From: Pseudothermotoga sp.
GTDB lineage: Bacteria > Thermotogota > Thermotogae > Thermotogales > DSM-5069
Length of the DNA: 64,000 bases
Assembly (NCBI GenBank): GCA_031962025.1
Contig: JAVRKW010000003.1
Reading direction: 5' to 3' (one strand)
This document shows, in pieces, positions 18,867 to 28,768 of the stretch; the first letter of the stretch is position 1, and the number at the start of each line of letters is the position of its first letter. Under the pieces are notes generated by a model. It saw only the letters and a list, made by a program, of their open reading frames with translations, had not been told where the DNA came from and did no database searches. The position numbers were made by a program, and so were the translations under genes.

Positions 18867-19805
18867 ATGAAGGTGAAAAAGTTCGTCGTTGGTCTGATCC
18901 TGGTTGTTTTGGCAATCAGTAGCTTTGCTGCCACGTTTTTGACAATTGCAACTGGTGGTACCGCCGGGGTTTATTATCCACTCGGTGCTGCAATGGCAGA
19001 CATCTGGACAAAGAATCTGAAAAACGTTAACGCCTCAGCTCAGAGTTCAGGTGCATCTGTTGCCAATGTGAACCTGCTGAAGAACAAAGATGTTGATGTA
19101 ATCTTTGTGCAAAACGATGTTGCATTTTATGCTTACTCGGGTATCGAACTTTTCAAAGATAAGCCTTTCAAAGAAATACGAGGACTTGCGACACTCTATC
19201 CTGAAACTATCCAGATTGTTGCACTCGCCGATAAGGGAATCAACAGTGTTTATGATCTGAAGGGTAAAAGAGTCGCCGTTGGTGCTGCAGGAAGCGGAAC
19301 GGAGGTAAATGCAAGGCATATTCTGACGGCTGCTGGTATCACTTACAACGACATCAAAGTGCAGTATCTGAGTTTTGCCGAGGCTGCTGAAAATCTAAAG
19401 AACGAAAATATAGATGCTGCATTTGTTACAGCAGGTCACCCTACGGCTGCAGTAATCGATGTAGCTGCTGTAAAGAAAATCACCATAGTTCCAGTTGATC
19501 AAAATATAATCCAGATTTTGCAGAGGAACTACCCGTTCTACACAAAGATAGTCATCCCCGCTGGGACTTACAAGGGTGTTGACAAAGACGTAGAAACAGT
19601 GGCAGTCAAGGCGATGCTGGCTGTCAGAGAAGATCTTTCAGCCGATCTTGTTTACGAAATGCTCAAAACAATGTATGCCAATCAAAAGAGGCTCATAGAG
19701 GCTCATCAAAAAGGTGAGATGATCATTCCAGAAACGGGTAAAGAAGGCATGTCCATACCTCTGCATCCGGGTGCGGAAAAATTTTTCAAAGAAATGGGAC
19801 TCTAA
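18867..19805 (+). CDS. TAXI-family TRAP transporter solute-binding protein
   Basis: ATGGTAGVYYPLG, SVAN, GSGTE, IPLHPGA; signal peptide; SD ggaggg; extended -10 TGgTATAAT at 18824-18832. Confidence 0.92.
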   Translation: MKVKKFVVGLILVVLAISSFAATFLTIATGGTAGVYYPLGAAMADIWTKNLKNVNASAQSSGASVANVNLLKNKDVDVIFVQNDVAFYAYSGIELFKDKPFKEIRGLATLYPETIQIVALADKGINSVYDLKGKRVAVGAAGSGTEVNARHILTAAGITYNDIKVQYLSFAEAAENLKNENIDAAFVTAGHPTAAVIDVAAVKKITIVPVDQNIIQILQRNYPFYTKIVIPAGTYKGVDKDVETVAVKAMLAVREDLSADLVYEMLKTMYANQKRLIEAHQKGEMIIPETGKEGMSIPLHPGAEKFFKEMGL

Positions 19806-19808
19806 TCT

Positions 19809-20276
19809 TTGATGCGATTTTGGTTTGTTGCTCTGGTATTATTGGCGTCGTTCTTTTTAATATTTCGCTTTGAAAGAGTACCGGTACTGGTTGTGAGCAA
19901 AGAAGGAAAAGTAATATACACCAGAAAACTAGAGGATGGAAAATTCGTATTGACCTTTGTACATTCAGTAGAAAAAACACCGGTCTATGAATTTTATGAA
20001 ATATCAAAAGATGGTCTTTTACATCTTTATATGGCAAAGTACAGTTCAATGGGAGCCGGGTTGACTTTTCAAACCGAAGGGAGGTTTGTCGTAAAAGATG
20101 GTTTTTTTGAGGTAGAAATCTCCCGGAAATTCAAAGAGATCTCCCTTCGGGTTTCTCACTTAGACGGACATGGTCTTTTGTTCAAAGACGGTAAGATCAT
20201 GTTCAAGGACATAGCGAATGTGAACGATCTGATTGTTTTATCCTGTAAGTATTCAATCGATTTAAAACTAAGATAG
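19809..20276 (+). CDS. DUF1850-family protein (TAXI-TRAP associated)
   Basis: F-x-HSVEKTPVYE-x-Y and S-x-GAG motifs; sits between TAXI and permease genes. Confidence 0.8.
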   Translation: MMRFWFVALVLLASFFLIFRFERVPVLVVSKEGKVIYTRKLEDGKFVLTFVHSVEKTPVYEFYEISKDGLLHLYMAKYSSMGAGLTFQTEGRFVVKDGFFEVEISRKFKEISLRVSHLDGHGLLFKDGKIMFKDIANVNDLIVLSCKYSIDLKLR

Positions 20277-20278
20277 GG

Positions 20279-22267
20279 GTGGAGAGCTTGGACAAACAGA
20301 AGGTTCCAGACCAGCAATTTGAGCAAGAAAAGGTTTCAGAAGAAGAGGTTCAAAAGGTTCTGGAGAAATATGATAGAGAGTCTACCTATAGAAAATACAG
20401 AGGTTTTCTTGCAAAGGTTGTTGCGGCTATAGCCATAACCTTTTCTGTTTTTCAACTCTATACAGCTGCCTTTGGTGTTCTCGACGCGATGATTCAAAGG
20501 TCAATACACCTGACCTTTGGTTTGACGTTGATCTATTTGCTGTACCCCACAAGAAAAAAATGGCCCAAGGATAGGATTCACCCATTTGACCTGATCCTTG
20601 CCATAATAGCTCCGATGACAACGCTGTACATAGTCGTAAATTACAAAGAGCTTGTTCTGAGAGCAGGCACTGTTACAAAACTCGATCTTGTGATTGGCAT
20701 CATTGGCATACTTTTGGTTCTCGAAGCTGTGAGAAGAATTGTCGGACTGCCTATGGTGATAGTGTCCAGTGTTTTCATATTATACGCGCTATTTGGTAGA
20801 TATATGCCGGGAGTTTTGGCGCACAGAGGTATTTCTCTGCAAAGACTCATCGGGCACCTGTTTTTCACAACAGAAGGCATCTTTGGTATACCTCTTGGTG
20901 TTTCATCCACTTTTGTGTTTCTATTCATACTGCTGGCTGCTTTTCTTGAGAAAACCGGGCTTGGACAGCTGTTCATAGATCTTTCAAATGCACTTGTTGG
21001 ATGGGCTTCTGGTGGACCAGCAAAGGTTGCCGTCTTTGCAAGTGCGCTGGAGGGCACTATTGGAGGCAGCTCAGTCGCAAACACAGTTGGCTCAGGGAGT
21101 TTTACAATACCGATGATGAAAAAACTGGGATACAAACCGGAGTTTGCCGCTGCAGTTGAAGCGACTGCTTCCACTGGCGGGCAGATAATGCCACCAGTTA
21201 TGGGCGCTGCGGCATTTCTCATGGCAGAGTTCACCGGCATACCCTATGGAAAGATCATAATTGCCGCATTGATTCCGGCTATTTTTTATTTCTTTGCCGT
21301 CTGGATGGCTGTTCACTGGGAAGCCAGAAAAATCGGGTTAAAGGGCATGTCAAAAGAACAGTTACCCAAGATTGGGAAGGTGCTTTTAGAAAGGGGTCAT
21401 TTACTACTACCGTTGATAATCGTTCTGTACCTTCTTGTTACGGGTTTTACACCGGTTCGGGCTGCCTTTTATGCGATAGTGGTTTCTGTAATAGCTTCAA
21501 TGATTAGAAAATCGACCAGGATGAAGCTTTCTGATATACCTGCCGCTCTTGAAGCAGGTGCAAGAGGAGCTCTGAGCGTCGTCGCTGCCACCGCATGTGC
21601 GGGTATAATCATTGGAGTTGTCACAGTGACTGGCTTGGGATTGAAGCTCGGTACGGCGCTTGTTGACCTTGCTCAGGGTAATCTTCTGATTACACTGATT
21701 TTCACGATGTTAACGAGTTTGGTCCTGGGAATGGGCGTACCAACAACGGCAAATTATGTCATCACCTCAACGATAGCCGCACCGGCTCTTTTGAGACTGG
21801 GTGTATGGGTGCTGCCAGCGCATATGTTCGCATTCTATTTTGGTGTCATCGCAGATATCACACCACCTGTAGCACTCGCTGCGATGGCTGGTGCTGGTAT
21901 AGCAAGATCAGATCCTTTCAAGACAGGTATCACGGCGACAAGACTTGGCATAGCCGCGTTTCTGGTTCCGTATGTTTTCGTCTATTATCCACAGATATTG
22001 CTCATCAACTTGAAAAATCCAGTTGAATTGATCTGGCCGCTTTTGACCACAACAGTGGGCTTGATAATTCTGTCTGGAGGACTGACCGGTTATTTCTTCG
22101 GACATTTGAAAAACTTTGAGGCAATCTTGTACAGCATTGGCGGCATTATGATGGCCTTTCCGGGTTTTGTGACAGATCTTATCGGGTTCGTACTGGTTGG
22201 ACTGGCTGTTTTATCCCAGACTTTGAGAAAGGGCTGGGTATCAAGACGGGATTTGTACGGAGCATAG
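20279..22267 (+). CDS. TRAP transporter fused permease (4TM/12TM)
   Basis: GGPAKVAV, ASTGGQIMPPVMGAAAF, GMGVPTTANY, TPPVALA. Confidence 0.93.
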   Translation: MESLDKQKVPDQQFEQEKVSEEEVQKVLEKYDRESTYRKYRGFLAKVVAAIAITFSVFQLYTAAFGVLDAMIQRSIHLTFGLTLIYLLYPTRKKWPKDRIHPFDLILAIIAPMTTLYIVVNYKELVLRAGTVTKLDLVIGIIGILLVLEAVRRIVGLPMVIVSSVFILYALFGRYMPGVLAHRGISLQRLIGHLFFTTEGIFGIPLGVSSTFVFLFILLAAFLEKTGLGQLFIDLSNALVGWASGGPAKVAVFASALEGTIGGSSVANTVGSGSFTIPMMKKLGYKPEFAAAVEATASTGGQIMPPVMGAAAFLMAEFTGIPYGKIIIAALIPAIFYFFAVWMAVHWEARKIGLKGMSKEQLPKIGKVLLERGHLLLPLIIVLYLLVTGFTPVRAAFYAIVVSVIASMIRKSTRMKLSDIPAALEAGARGALSVVAATACAGIIIGVVTVTGLGLKLGTALVDLAQGNLLITLIFTMLTSLVLGMGVPTTANYVITSTIAAPALLRLGVWVLPAHMFAFYFGVIADITPPVALAAMAGAGIARSDPFKTGITATRLGIAAFLVPYVFVYYPQILLINLKNPVELIWPLLTTTVGLIILSGGLTGYFFGHLKNFEAILYSIGGIMMAFPGFVTDLIGFVLVGLAVLSQTLRKGWVSRRDLYGA

Positions 22268-22289
22268 AAAATAGAAAGACTGAAAATTC

Positions 22290-22320
22290 ACAGCAGGGTG
22301 TAAGCTCTGCTGTTTTTTTT
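22290..22320 (+). terminator. Rho-independent terminator
   Basis: acagcaggg...ctctgctgt stem with long T tract. Confidence 0.8.
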
Positions 22321-22353
22321 ATTTTCGGTCGATAAATAAATCAAGGTGATTAG

Positions 22354-23298
22354 ATGAGAATAGAAAGTTACTCAAATAGTATGGAAAGTTATTATAGCTA
22401 TGATAAAAGTTATGAAAAAAGCGAAAGACTGAATATTCGCTACAATTATGTACATGATAGTGTGCAGCCTGAAGAGCCTGCACTGAAACTTTCAGATGAG
22501 CAAAAAGCAAAACTGAGAATGATAAAGTACCTGCTGGAAAAACTCACCGGTAAAAAGATAAGATTGCTTGCACTTGAGCTTTGCGAAAATGAAGATCCAA
22601 AAATTCATAAAACCGATAATTCTCATTCTCAGCAGAACTTCAGTTTAGTTTATGAAAGTCATCAAAGGTATTCTGAATCTGAAAAAATGGTTTTTTCAGC
22701 CAGCGGAACGGTCAGGACAAAAGATGGTAGAACGATCGAGTTCAGTCTTTCGATTAGAATGGAAAGATCTGTGTATTTTGAGAAAAACTTTCAGTTAAGG
22801 TTTGATGATGGATTGAAAGATCCACTATTACTCAATTTTGACAGCAAGCCTGTGAATTTTTCTGCAAAGAAGATAAGAATGGATCTTGATCTTGACGGTG
22901 TGGTGGATGAATTTCGCATTCCTGCGTCGAACTTGGGCTTTCTGGCTCTGGATTTGAACGACAACGGAAAGATAGACAGCGGCATAGAACTGTTTGGACC
23001 AGCAACTGGCAATGGCTTTAAGGAACTGTCGAGGTATGACATAGATAAAAACAGATGGATCGATCAAGAAGATCCGATCTTTGCAAAACTCAGAGTCTGG
23101 TTTACAGATAAAGATGGTAAAGAAAAGCTACTTTCACTCAAAGACATGAACATAGGGGCTATTTATCTTGGATTTGTGCCGACAAAGTTCAGTTTATACG
23201 ATGGGCAGGGATTTCTCGGACAGATTGTATCAAGCGGTATTTATTTGAATGAAGATGGTCAACTGGGGATGATTCATCAGATCGATTTGAAAGTGTGA
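22354..23298 (+). CDS. Conserved hypothetical protein with Dx(D/N)xDG-like calcium-binding loops
   Basis: DPLLLNFD, DLDLDG, ALDLNDNGKIDSGIELFG, DIDKNRWID, LRVW. Confidence 0.7.
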   Translation: MRIESYSNSMESYYSYDKSYEKSERLNIRYNYVHDSVQPEEPALKLSDEQKAKLRMIKYLLEKLTGKKIRLLALELCENEDPKIHKTDNSHSQQNFSLVYESHQRYSESEKMVFSASGTVRTKDGRTIEFSLSIRMERSVYFEKNFQLRFDDGLKDPLLLNFDSKPVNFSAKKIRMDLDLDGVVDEFRIPASNLGFLALDLNDNGKIDSGIELFGPATGNGFKELSRYDIDKNRWIDQEDPIFAKLRVWFTDKDGKEKLLSLKDMNIGAIYLGFVPTKFSLYDGQGFLGQIVSSGIYLNEDGQLGMIHQIDLKV

Positions 23299-23338
23299 AA
23301 AAAGTTGTATAATCATCATAAAGAAAGGGGTGGTTCTT

Positions 23339-24286
23339 GTGCGGGGAAAGAGCCTGCTGATGGTTTGGATTGTCGTGGTTGCCGCACTTTTTTTGTCCTC
23401 ATGTGCTTTTAATATATTTGCAAATCTTGAACTTCAAAATCTTCTTTCTTCGGGCACAACACAGCAAAAGTTAGATGCAGCCAAAGGAGCTTTGAGCAGC
23501 AAAGATTATGACAAGGCTATAGCTCTGTCTGGATCAGTTTTAAATGATAAACTTGATCTGGGCTTGACCAATGAACAGCTCACAGGACTGTTGGATTCAA
23601 CAAGTACACTCTATGATTTTGCACAGGCTTTGTACGATAAAAAGGATGAACTGACTGACGAGGCAATAGAGGCTATAAAGATATTGGTCGAAGCAGCGGC
23701 GTCGAAATCTGGAAAAAGTATCACAGACCTTGTCTCTGACTTTCAAGAGATTGCACAGGAGCTGGGATTGGATCTTTCACAGATTTTTCCAAAAACCAGA
23801 AACGGCACTCAAGATTTCTGGCAGATACTTGAAACCAATGCAGGCACGGTTGTTTCAACCCTTGCGAGTTTCATAGACAACGCACAGCTTCTCAAACTTT
23901 TGACAAGTGGCTATTACGTACTTGTCAATGCCACACAAACACAGGACTCAAGTTCAACTTATGCCGCTTTTTGTATCTTCTATGATCTGGGATATATGCT
24001 CAATCTTGTATTGGACACTAACAACGATGGAAAGATCACAGATGAAAACCTTGTCAAACAGACTATAACAAACCCAGCTTCTTTCACAGAACTTGCTTTT
24101 GATACAACAAGTGGTTTGTACCATGATGAAAATAATTGCGATGAGTTTGTCTGGGCTTATGAAATTATGAAAGAAGTAACTGGTGTATTGAGTTTGGACA
24201 TAACCTTGCCAGATCCACCTGCGACAGATTCTTTATATCAAGCTCAATATTTAGCAGATCTATTTGATCTACTGGGGAGTGATTGA
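23339..24286 (+). CDS. Hypothetical acidic lipoprotein
   Basis: Hydrophobic signal ending in lipobox LSSC; helical, Asp/Thr rich; DTNNDG loop. Confidence 0.7.
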   Translation: MRGKSLLMVWIVVVAALFLSSCAFNIFANLELQNLLSSGTTQQKLDAAKGALSSKDYDKAIALSGSVLNDKLDLGLTNEQLTGLLDSTSTLYDFAQALYDKKDELTDEAIEAIKILVEAAASKSGKSITDLVSDFQEIAQELGLDLSQIFPKTRNGTQDFWQILETNAGTVVSTLASFIDNAQLLKLLTSGYYVLVNATQTQDSSSTYAAFCIFYDLGYMLNLVLDTNNDGKITDENLVKQTITNPASFTELAFDTTSGLYHDENNCDEFVWAYEIMKEVTGVLSLDITLPDPPATDSLYQAQYLADLFDLLGSD

Positions 24287-24288
24287 AA

Positions 24289-25344
24289 ATGAAAAAATTT
24301 ATCCTTGCTTTGATGTTGATTGTTACTATTACGGGAATTTCATACCAGTGGGAGGTTTTTCCGGGGTTTTTCAAACCTGTTGAGAGTCTGGCAATGGGTG
24401 GTATTTATACAACGGTGGAAGGCATGAATGCACTGATACTCAATCCCGCACTTTTCACACCTGGCTTTGAATTGAGCGTCTTTCCAGGTCTTTCAAACAA
24501 CATCGCAGAGCTTTCAAAATTACTTCCATATATTTCAAATCCCGCTTCGATAACAGATCTTGCAACTGACACGGAACTTTTGAAAGCTCTTGAAGGTGTT
24601 CACAGTTATGATCTGAACTTGGCTGGTGGATACGGTGCAAAAATAGGCAATCTTGTAATAGGCGGTATGGGAGCCTTTCAGGCGTCTGCGTTCTGGAATC
24701 TTTCTTTGATGAGACTCAATGACGTAGAGCTCGGAGCATGGATGGATTATTTTGGTGTTGTTGGTGGGGCTGTGAAATTTGAAAATCTCAGAGTGGGTGC
24801 ATCATTTGGTGGTGGCATGGCAGGTTTTGTTATTCCCGCAACTGGCACTGAATTTCCTGCATCTGTCAATATTTTTGACCCAGATTCATTTAAAGATGTT
24901 TTGCTAGATGATCCTTCTAAAATATTTGCAAACATAAACCAGCCATTTTTCATAGCCAGTGCCGGTATGGCTTATGATATAGATAATTTCAGATTGGGCT
25001 TAAGCTTTTTTGCCAACTTCAACGACATTCTTTTGAATGCTCCAAGGTATGTTCTTTCAACCGGTGCTTCTTACACATGGCAGTTTTTGACTGTATCAGC
25101 GGAACTTGAAGATCTTTTGAATCAGCAAAAGACGATTTTGAGAAAACTCAATCTTGGTTTGAAGACTGATTTTGGTTTTGTCAAACTCTACGGTGGTCTG
25201 CACGCAGGATGGCTCACAGGCGGGGTAAAACTCGATATTCCTTTTGTGAAGATAGCCCTTGCGGCGTATGTCTTTGAGTATTCAAATCAGGCAGGTATCA
25301 TGGGTGAACCGAAGTTTATTTTGAGCTTTGATACTAAATTCTGA
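24289..25344 (+). CDS. Putative outer-membrane (toga) beta-barrel protein, FadL/TraF/PorV-like
   Basis: Signal peptide; SLAMGG...AL-x-x-NPA motif; alternating Gly/aromatic strands; terminal Phe (LSFDTKF). Confidence 0.6.
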   Translation: MKKFILALMLIVTITGISYQWEVFPGFFKPVESLAMGGIYTTVEGMNALILNPALFTPGFELSVFPGLSNNIAELSKLLPYISNPASITDLATDTELLKALEGVHSYDLNLAGGYGAKIGNLVIGGMGAFQASAFWNLSLMRLNDVELGAWMDYFGVVGGAVKFENLRVGASFGGGMAGFVIPATGTEFPASVNIFDPDSFKDVLLDDPSKIFANINQPFFIASAGMAYDIDNFRLGLSFFANFNDILLNAPRYVLSTGASYTWQFLTVSAELEDLLNQQKTILRKLNLGLKTDFGFVKLYGGLHAGWLTGGVKLDIPFVKIALAAYVFEYSNQAGIMGEPKFILSFDTKF

Positions 25345-25363
25345 AAAAGCAGTTTGTTTTCAA

Positions 25364-25389
25364 AAAAAGGGACCGATCGGTCCCTTTTT
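25364..25389. terminator. Bidirectional terminator (perfect 26-bp palindrome)
   Basis: aaaaagggaccgatcggtcccttttt between convergent genes. Confidence 0.85.
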
Positions 25390-26744
25390 CAGTTGAGCTT
25401 TTCAAGTAGTGCCCTGTAAGCTCTATAGGTTTCGTATAAATCAGCCTTTGAAACCAGCTCAAACGGTGAGTGCATTCCAAGTAAAGCAGGTCCCATATCC
25501 AAAACACAGGCACCTTTTTCCGCGAGAAATTTTGCCACTGTTCCTCCTCCACCTCGATCGGCTTTTCCCATGGTGGCAACCTGCCAGACGATGCCTTCCT
25601 GGTTCAGAACCTTTCTAACTTTAGCGACAAATTCCGCATGGGCTTCACTTGAGCCGGATTTTCCACCGCTACCCGTGTACCTGACCAGCCCAACGCCATA
25701 GCCGACTCTTGCGGCGTTTTCAGGATCGTGAACTTCTTTGAACATCGGGTCGATCGCCGGGCACACGTCCGCAGAGATTATAGAAGTTTTTGCAAATAGT
25801 TCATCTATACCAAGAGAGGTATCTGCACAACCCTGTATCTTGAGGAGTTTCTTCAAAAACGCCACATAAAAATTAGCCTTTGCTCCTGCATTGCCTTCGC
25901 TTCCTATTTCTTCTCTGTCGAAGAGTATCACTCCGCATGAGCGCACGGGGTTAACGGCATCTATCAATCCTTTCAGAGCTGTGTAGCCACAAATTCTGTC
26001 ATCGTGACCATAGCCACCAAGAAGGCTCTCATCAAAGCCGACGCTTCTTGTCTTCAGAGCGGGTACCAATTCGAATTCGCCACTGACAAAATCTTCTTCT
26101 GTTATTCCATATCTATCTTTCAGGATTTTGAGAACGTATGTTTTAACTGCTTCTTTTTCTTCACCGCCAAGGGGAATTGTACCGGCGATCACTGAGAGTT
26201 TTTCAGCATCGAATTTCTCGCTCACGAGTGCGTCTTTCCTGTCAAGATGCGGTAATAGATCCGGGGCGACAAAAACTGGGTCATCTTTGCACTGACCGAT
26301 GTGTATTTCCACAACTTCACCGGTTTCTTTCACAACATACCCGTGGAGCTCTAAAGGCAGGCTGAACCACTGATACTTCTTCACACCACCGTAGTAATGC
26401 GTCCTTGCAAGGGCAATTCGTTCTTCTTCAAAGATTGGCTTTGGCTTGAAATCAAGTCTTGGAGCATCGATATGTGCCGCAACAAGATTCAGACCATTTT
26501 CGAGCTTTCCAACCAGGCGAACGGCTATCAACGATTTTCCACGATTGACTGCATATACTTTGTCTGTATTTCCATCAAACCGTTCTATAGGTACAAAGCC
26601 TGCCTGTTGAAGCATCAATACAGATTCTCTGATAGCCATTCTTTCTGTTCTTGCCATGTCCATGAATCTGGCATATTCTTTGCTAAAAGACTCGATCTGT
26701 TCACGATTTCTTATAGACCATAGATTCTTTGGTGAAAACTTCAC
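25389..26744 (-). CDS. M18 family (aspartyl) aminopeptidase
   Basis: AHIDAPRLD, YYGGVKKYQW, GHDDRIC, DREEIGS, MHSPFE; SD aggagg favours GTG 26744. Confidence 0.92.
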   Translation of the reverse strand: MKFSPKNLWSIRNREQIESFSKEYARFMDMARTERMAIRESVLMLQQAGFVPIERFDGNTDKVYAVNRGKSLIAVRLVGKLENGLNLVAAHIDAPRLDFKPKPIFEEERIALARTHYYGGVKKYQWFSLPLELHGYVVKETGEVVEIHIGQCKDDPVFVAPDLLPHLDRKDALVSEKFDAEKLSVIAGTIPLGGEEKEAVKTYVLKILKDRYGITEEDFVSGEFELVPALKTRSVGFDESLLGGYGHDDRICGYTALKGLIDAVNPVRSCGVILFDREEIGSEGNAGAKANFYVAFLKKLLKIQGCADTSLGIDELFAKTSIISADVCPAIDPMFKEVHDPENAARVGYGVGLVRYTGSGGKSGSSEAHAEFVAKVRKVLNQEGIVWQVATMGKADRGGGGTVAKFLAEKGACVLDMGPALLGMHSPFELVSKADLYETYRAYRALLEKLN

Positions 26745-26866
26745 GATCACAGCACCTCCTTTTTGCAATCAATATAATGCTATCACAAAAACCCCGAGAA
26801 TTTTTTCGGATGGTTTTTAACATCGAAATTTGGTAAAATGATTATTGCCAACGGGGAGGTGTGCTT

Positions 26867-28171
26867 ATGTTGAGAAAGTTTTTAGTTCTTTCAGTGCTTG
26901 TTTTTCTCGGTGTTTTTGCTTTTGCACTCAACGTGATTTTTCTCATCGGTGATGGTATGAGTGCAAACCAGTTAGTTCTTGCAAGCATTCTCGAAGCAAA
27001 GGTGCTTGAAACGATGAAACTTCCTTACTCAGGCATCACGCTGACATACTCGGCAGATTCATGGGTGACAGATTCTGCACCGGCTGGGACTGCACTGGCA
27101 ACAGGTTTCAAAACTCTGAACAAGGCTATAGGAGTGCTTCCAAACAATGAACCTGTTTATTCGATGATTGAACTGGGAAGAGATCTGGGTTACAGGACAG
27201 GAATAGTTGTTACCTGCAGGGTGACACACGCAACACCGGCTTCGTTTTACGGTCATGTGGAGAACAGAGACGATGAACTCGTTCTGGCAAAGCAGTTGTC
27301 CGAGGCTGGTATCGATGTGATCTTTGGTGGGGGATATTCCTACTTTTTGCCTCAGTCGATGGGCGGTATAAGAAAAGACGATGAAAATCTCATAGAAAAA
27401 ATGCGCAATCAGGGTTATGTGTATATCACAAAAAAGAGTGAGCTTGAGAATATCACGGATGGGAAAGTAATCGGTCTTTTTGCTCCATCCCATCTCAGTC
27501 CTGTAACTGAAAGAACTGGCGAACAGCCTACCTTGGATGTTATGGTTAAAAAAGCGATTGAGATTCTTTCCAGTTCCGGTGAAGATTTCATACTGATGGT
27601 TGAAGGATCACAGATCGACTGGGAGGCACATGCCAATGATTTCTTTGGTGTGTGGAAGGAAGTCATGGAATTTGATAGCGCGGTGAAGGTAGCCGTTGAT
27701 TTTGCAAGCAAAAACGGCAATACACTTGTGGTGGTAACAGGAGATCATGAAACAGGTGGACTTTCCTTATCAAACGGTAATTACTCAATTCTCGTTGATC
27801 AGGCAAGGAAAGCCAAGGGGACCACAACGATGTTTCTGGAAAAATTCAAGATAGAGGAAAAAGAAAAATTCATCGAAGGATTGAAAGACTGGTATGGAAT
27901 AGACATATCCGATCAGGAATATGAATTTCTCAGTAAAGTACCGTCAAACCAGCTTAGACGTGAGCTTGCAAGATTTATAAGCGGCAAAGTTGGTTTTGGA
28001 TGGACAACCTTTGACCACACAGCAGCTCCCGTGCCGGTTTATGCCTTTGGACCTGGCGCACAGTACTTCACCGGAGTGATGGACAATACAGATGTTGCAA
28101 AGTTGATAATGAAATTGTCAGGCATCACTTCAGCTACATTTCCAAAGATCAAAACAGCCGCGAGTCATTAA
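26867..28171 (+). CDS. phoA: Alkaline phosphatase
   Basis: IGDGM, VTDSA (catalytic Ser), THATPA, EGSQIDWEAH, GDHETGG, DHT; signal peptide. Confidence 0.92.
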   Translation: MLRKFLVLSVLVFLGVFAFALNVIFLIGDGMSANQLVLASILEAKVLETMKLPYSGITLTYSADSWVTDSAPAGTALATGFKTLNKAIGVLPNNEPVYSMIELGRDLGYRTGIVVTCRVTHATPASFYGHVENRDDELVLAKQLSEAGIDVIFGGGYSYFLPQSMGGIRKDDENLIEKMRNQGYVYITKKSELENITDGKVIGLFAPSHLSPVTERTGEQPTLDVMVKKAIEILSSSGEDFILMVEGSQIDWEAHANDFFGVWKEVMEFDSAVKVAVDFASKNGNTLVVVTGDHETGGLSLSNGNYSILVDQARKAKGTTTMFLEKFKIEEKEKFIEGLKDWYGIDISDQEYEFLSKVPSNQLRRELARFISGKVGFGWTTFDHTAAPVPVYAFGPGAQYFTGVMDNTDVAKLIMKLSGITSATFPKIKTAASH

Positions 28172-28173
28172 AT

Positions 28174-28198
28174 AAACTCCCCCGTTGGGGGGAGTTTT
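28174..28198. terminator. Terminator between convergent genes
   Basis: aaactccccc-gttg-gggggagtttt. Confidence 0.85.
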
Positions 28199-28203
28199 GA
28201 CTT

Positions 28204-28410
28204 TCAAGACTGGTTTTCTAAGGTTTTGATTCTTTCTTGGATCCATTTCAATTCCTCGTTGAGAATGTTTGATCTTTCTTTGAGATAGGTGAGTTCTTCC
28301 TGCTTTGTTGGATAAAATGGATAGAGGCATCTTCTACCCATATATGGTCGTGGAAAGCCTCTTCCAAGCCCATAGCCGTACATACCTCTTCCAAATACAT
28401 AGCCGTACAT
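28204..28410 (-). CDS. DUF5320-like small protein (Gly/Arg/Tyr-rich N-terminus plus coiled coil)
   Basis: GRG/GYG repeats followed by EEL-x-x-LKE...L...L-x-x-I-x-x-RI-x-x-LE; SD aggagg. Confidence 0.7.
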   Translation of the reverse strand: MYGYVFGRGMYGYGLGRGFPRPYMGRRCLYPFYPTKQEELTYLKERSNILNEELKWIQERIKTLENQS

Positions 28411-28411
28411 A
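28358..28411. repeat. 27-bp tandem duplication (24/27 identical) inside the DUF5320-like gene
   Basis: cctcttccaagcccatagccgtacata / cctcttccaaatacatagccgtacata, encoding MYGYxxGRG twice. Confidence 0.85.
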
Positions 28412-28768
28412 TCACTCACCTCCTTTGGCTATATCAACAATCTTTTGTATTAGCTGGATGTTCTCCATCGCAGTTGAACACCAGTTTTCCAAGAAATCTT
28501 CACCGACTTTTGTTATTGAGTAAACTCTCCTTGCCGGCCCGCTTGTCTGCAAATCCCAGTTTGAACTCACCAGACCATGTATTTCCATAGCTCTCAATGT
28601 CCTGTAAAGGATGCTGGGATGAAAGAAAGACGTGTTCAAACCTATTGCAGATAGTTTTTCAAGCAGTGAATAACCGTGGACCGGTTCTTTTTTCAAGACA
28701 GCCAATATCGCCGGTATCAAAAAATCTGTACCGGCACCGTACATGCACTTTCTGAACCTTCCGTTCAT
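28412..28768 (-). CDS. PadR-family transcriptional regulator
   Basis: HGY-x-L, LYRTLRAME, V-S-S-x-W, GPARRVYSIT-x-x-G. Confidence 0.9.
   Translation of the reverse strand: MNGRFRKCMYGAGTDFLIPAILAVLKKEPVHGYSLLEKLSAIGLNTSFFHPSILYRTLRAMEIHGLVSSNWDLQTSGPARRVYSITKVGEDFLENWCSTAMENIQLIQKIVDIAKGGE

Noticed and set aside
20641..21240. Long antisense ORFs (also 7884-8495, 30976-31584, 62932-63561, 376-825)
   Set aside because: Shadow frames opposite well-supported genes, with no recognisable motifs
22300..22335. sigma28 promoter
   Set aside because: GTCGATAA resembles the -10, but there is no TAAA at the expected 15-16 nt spacing
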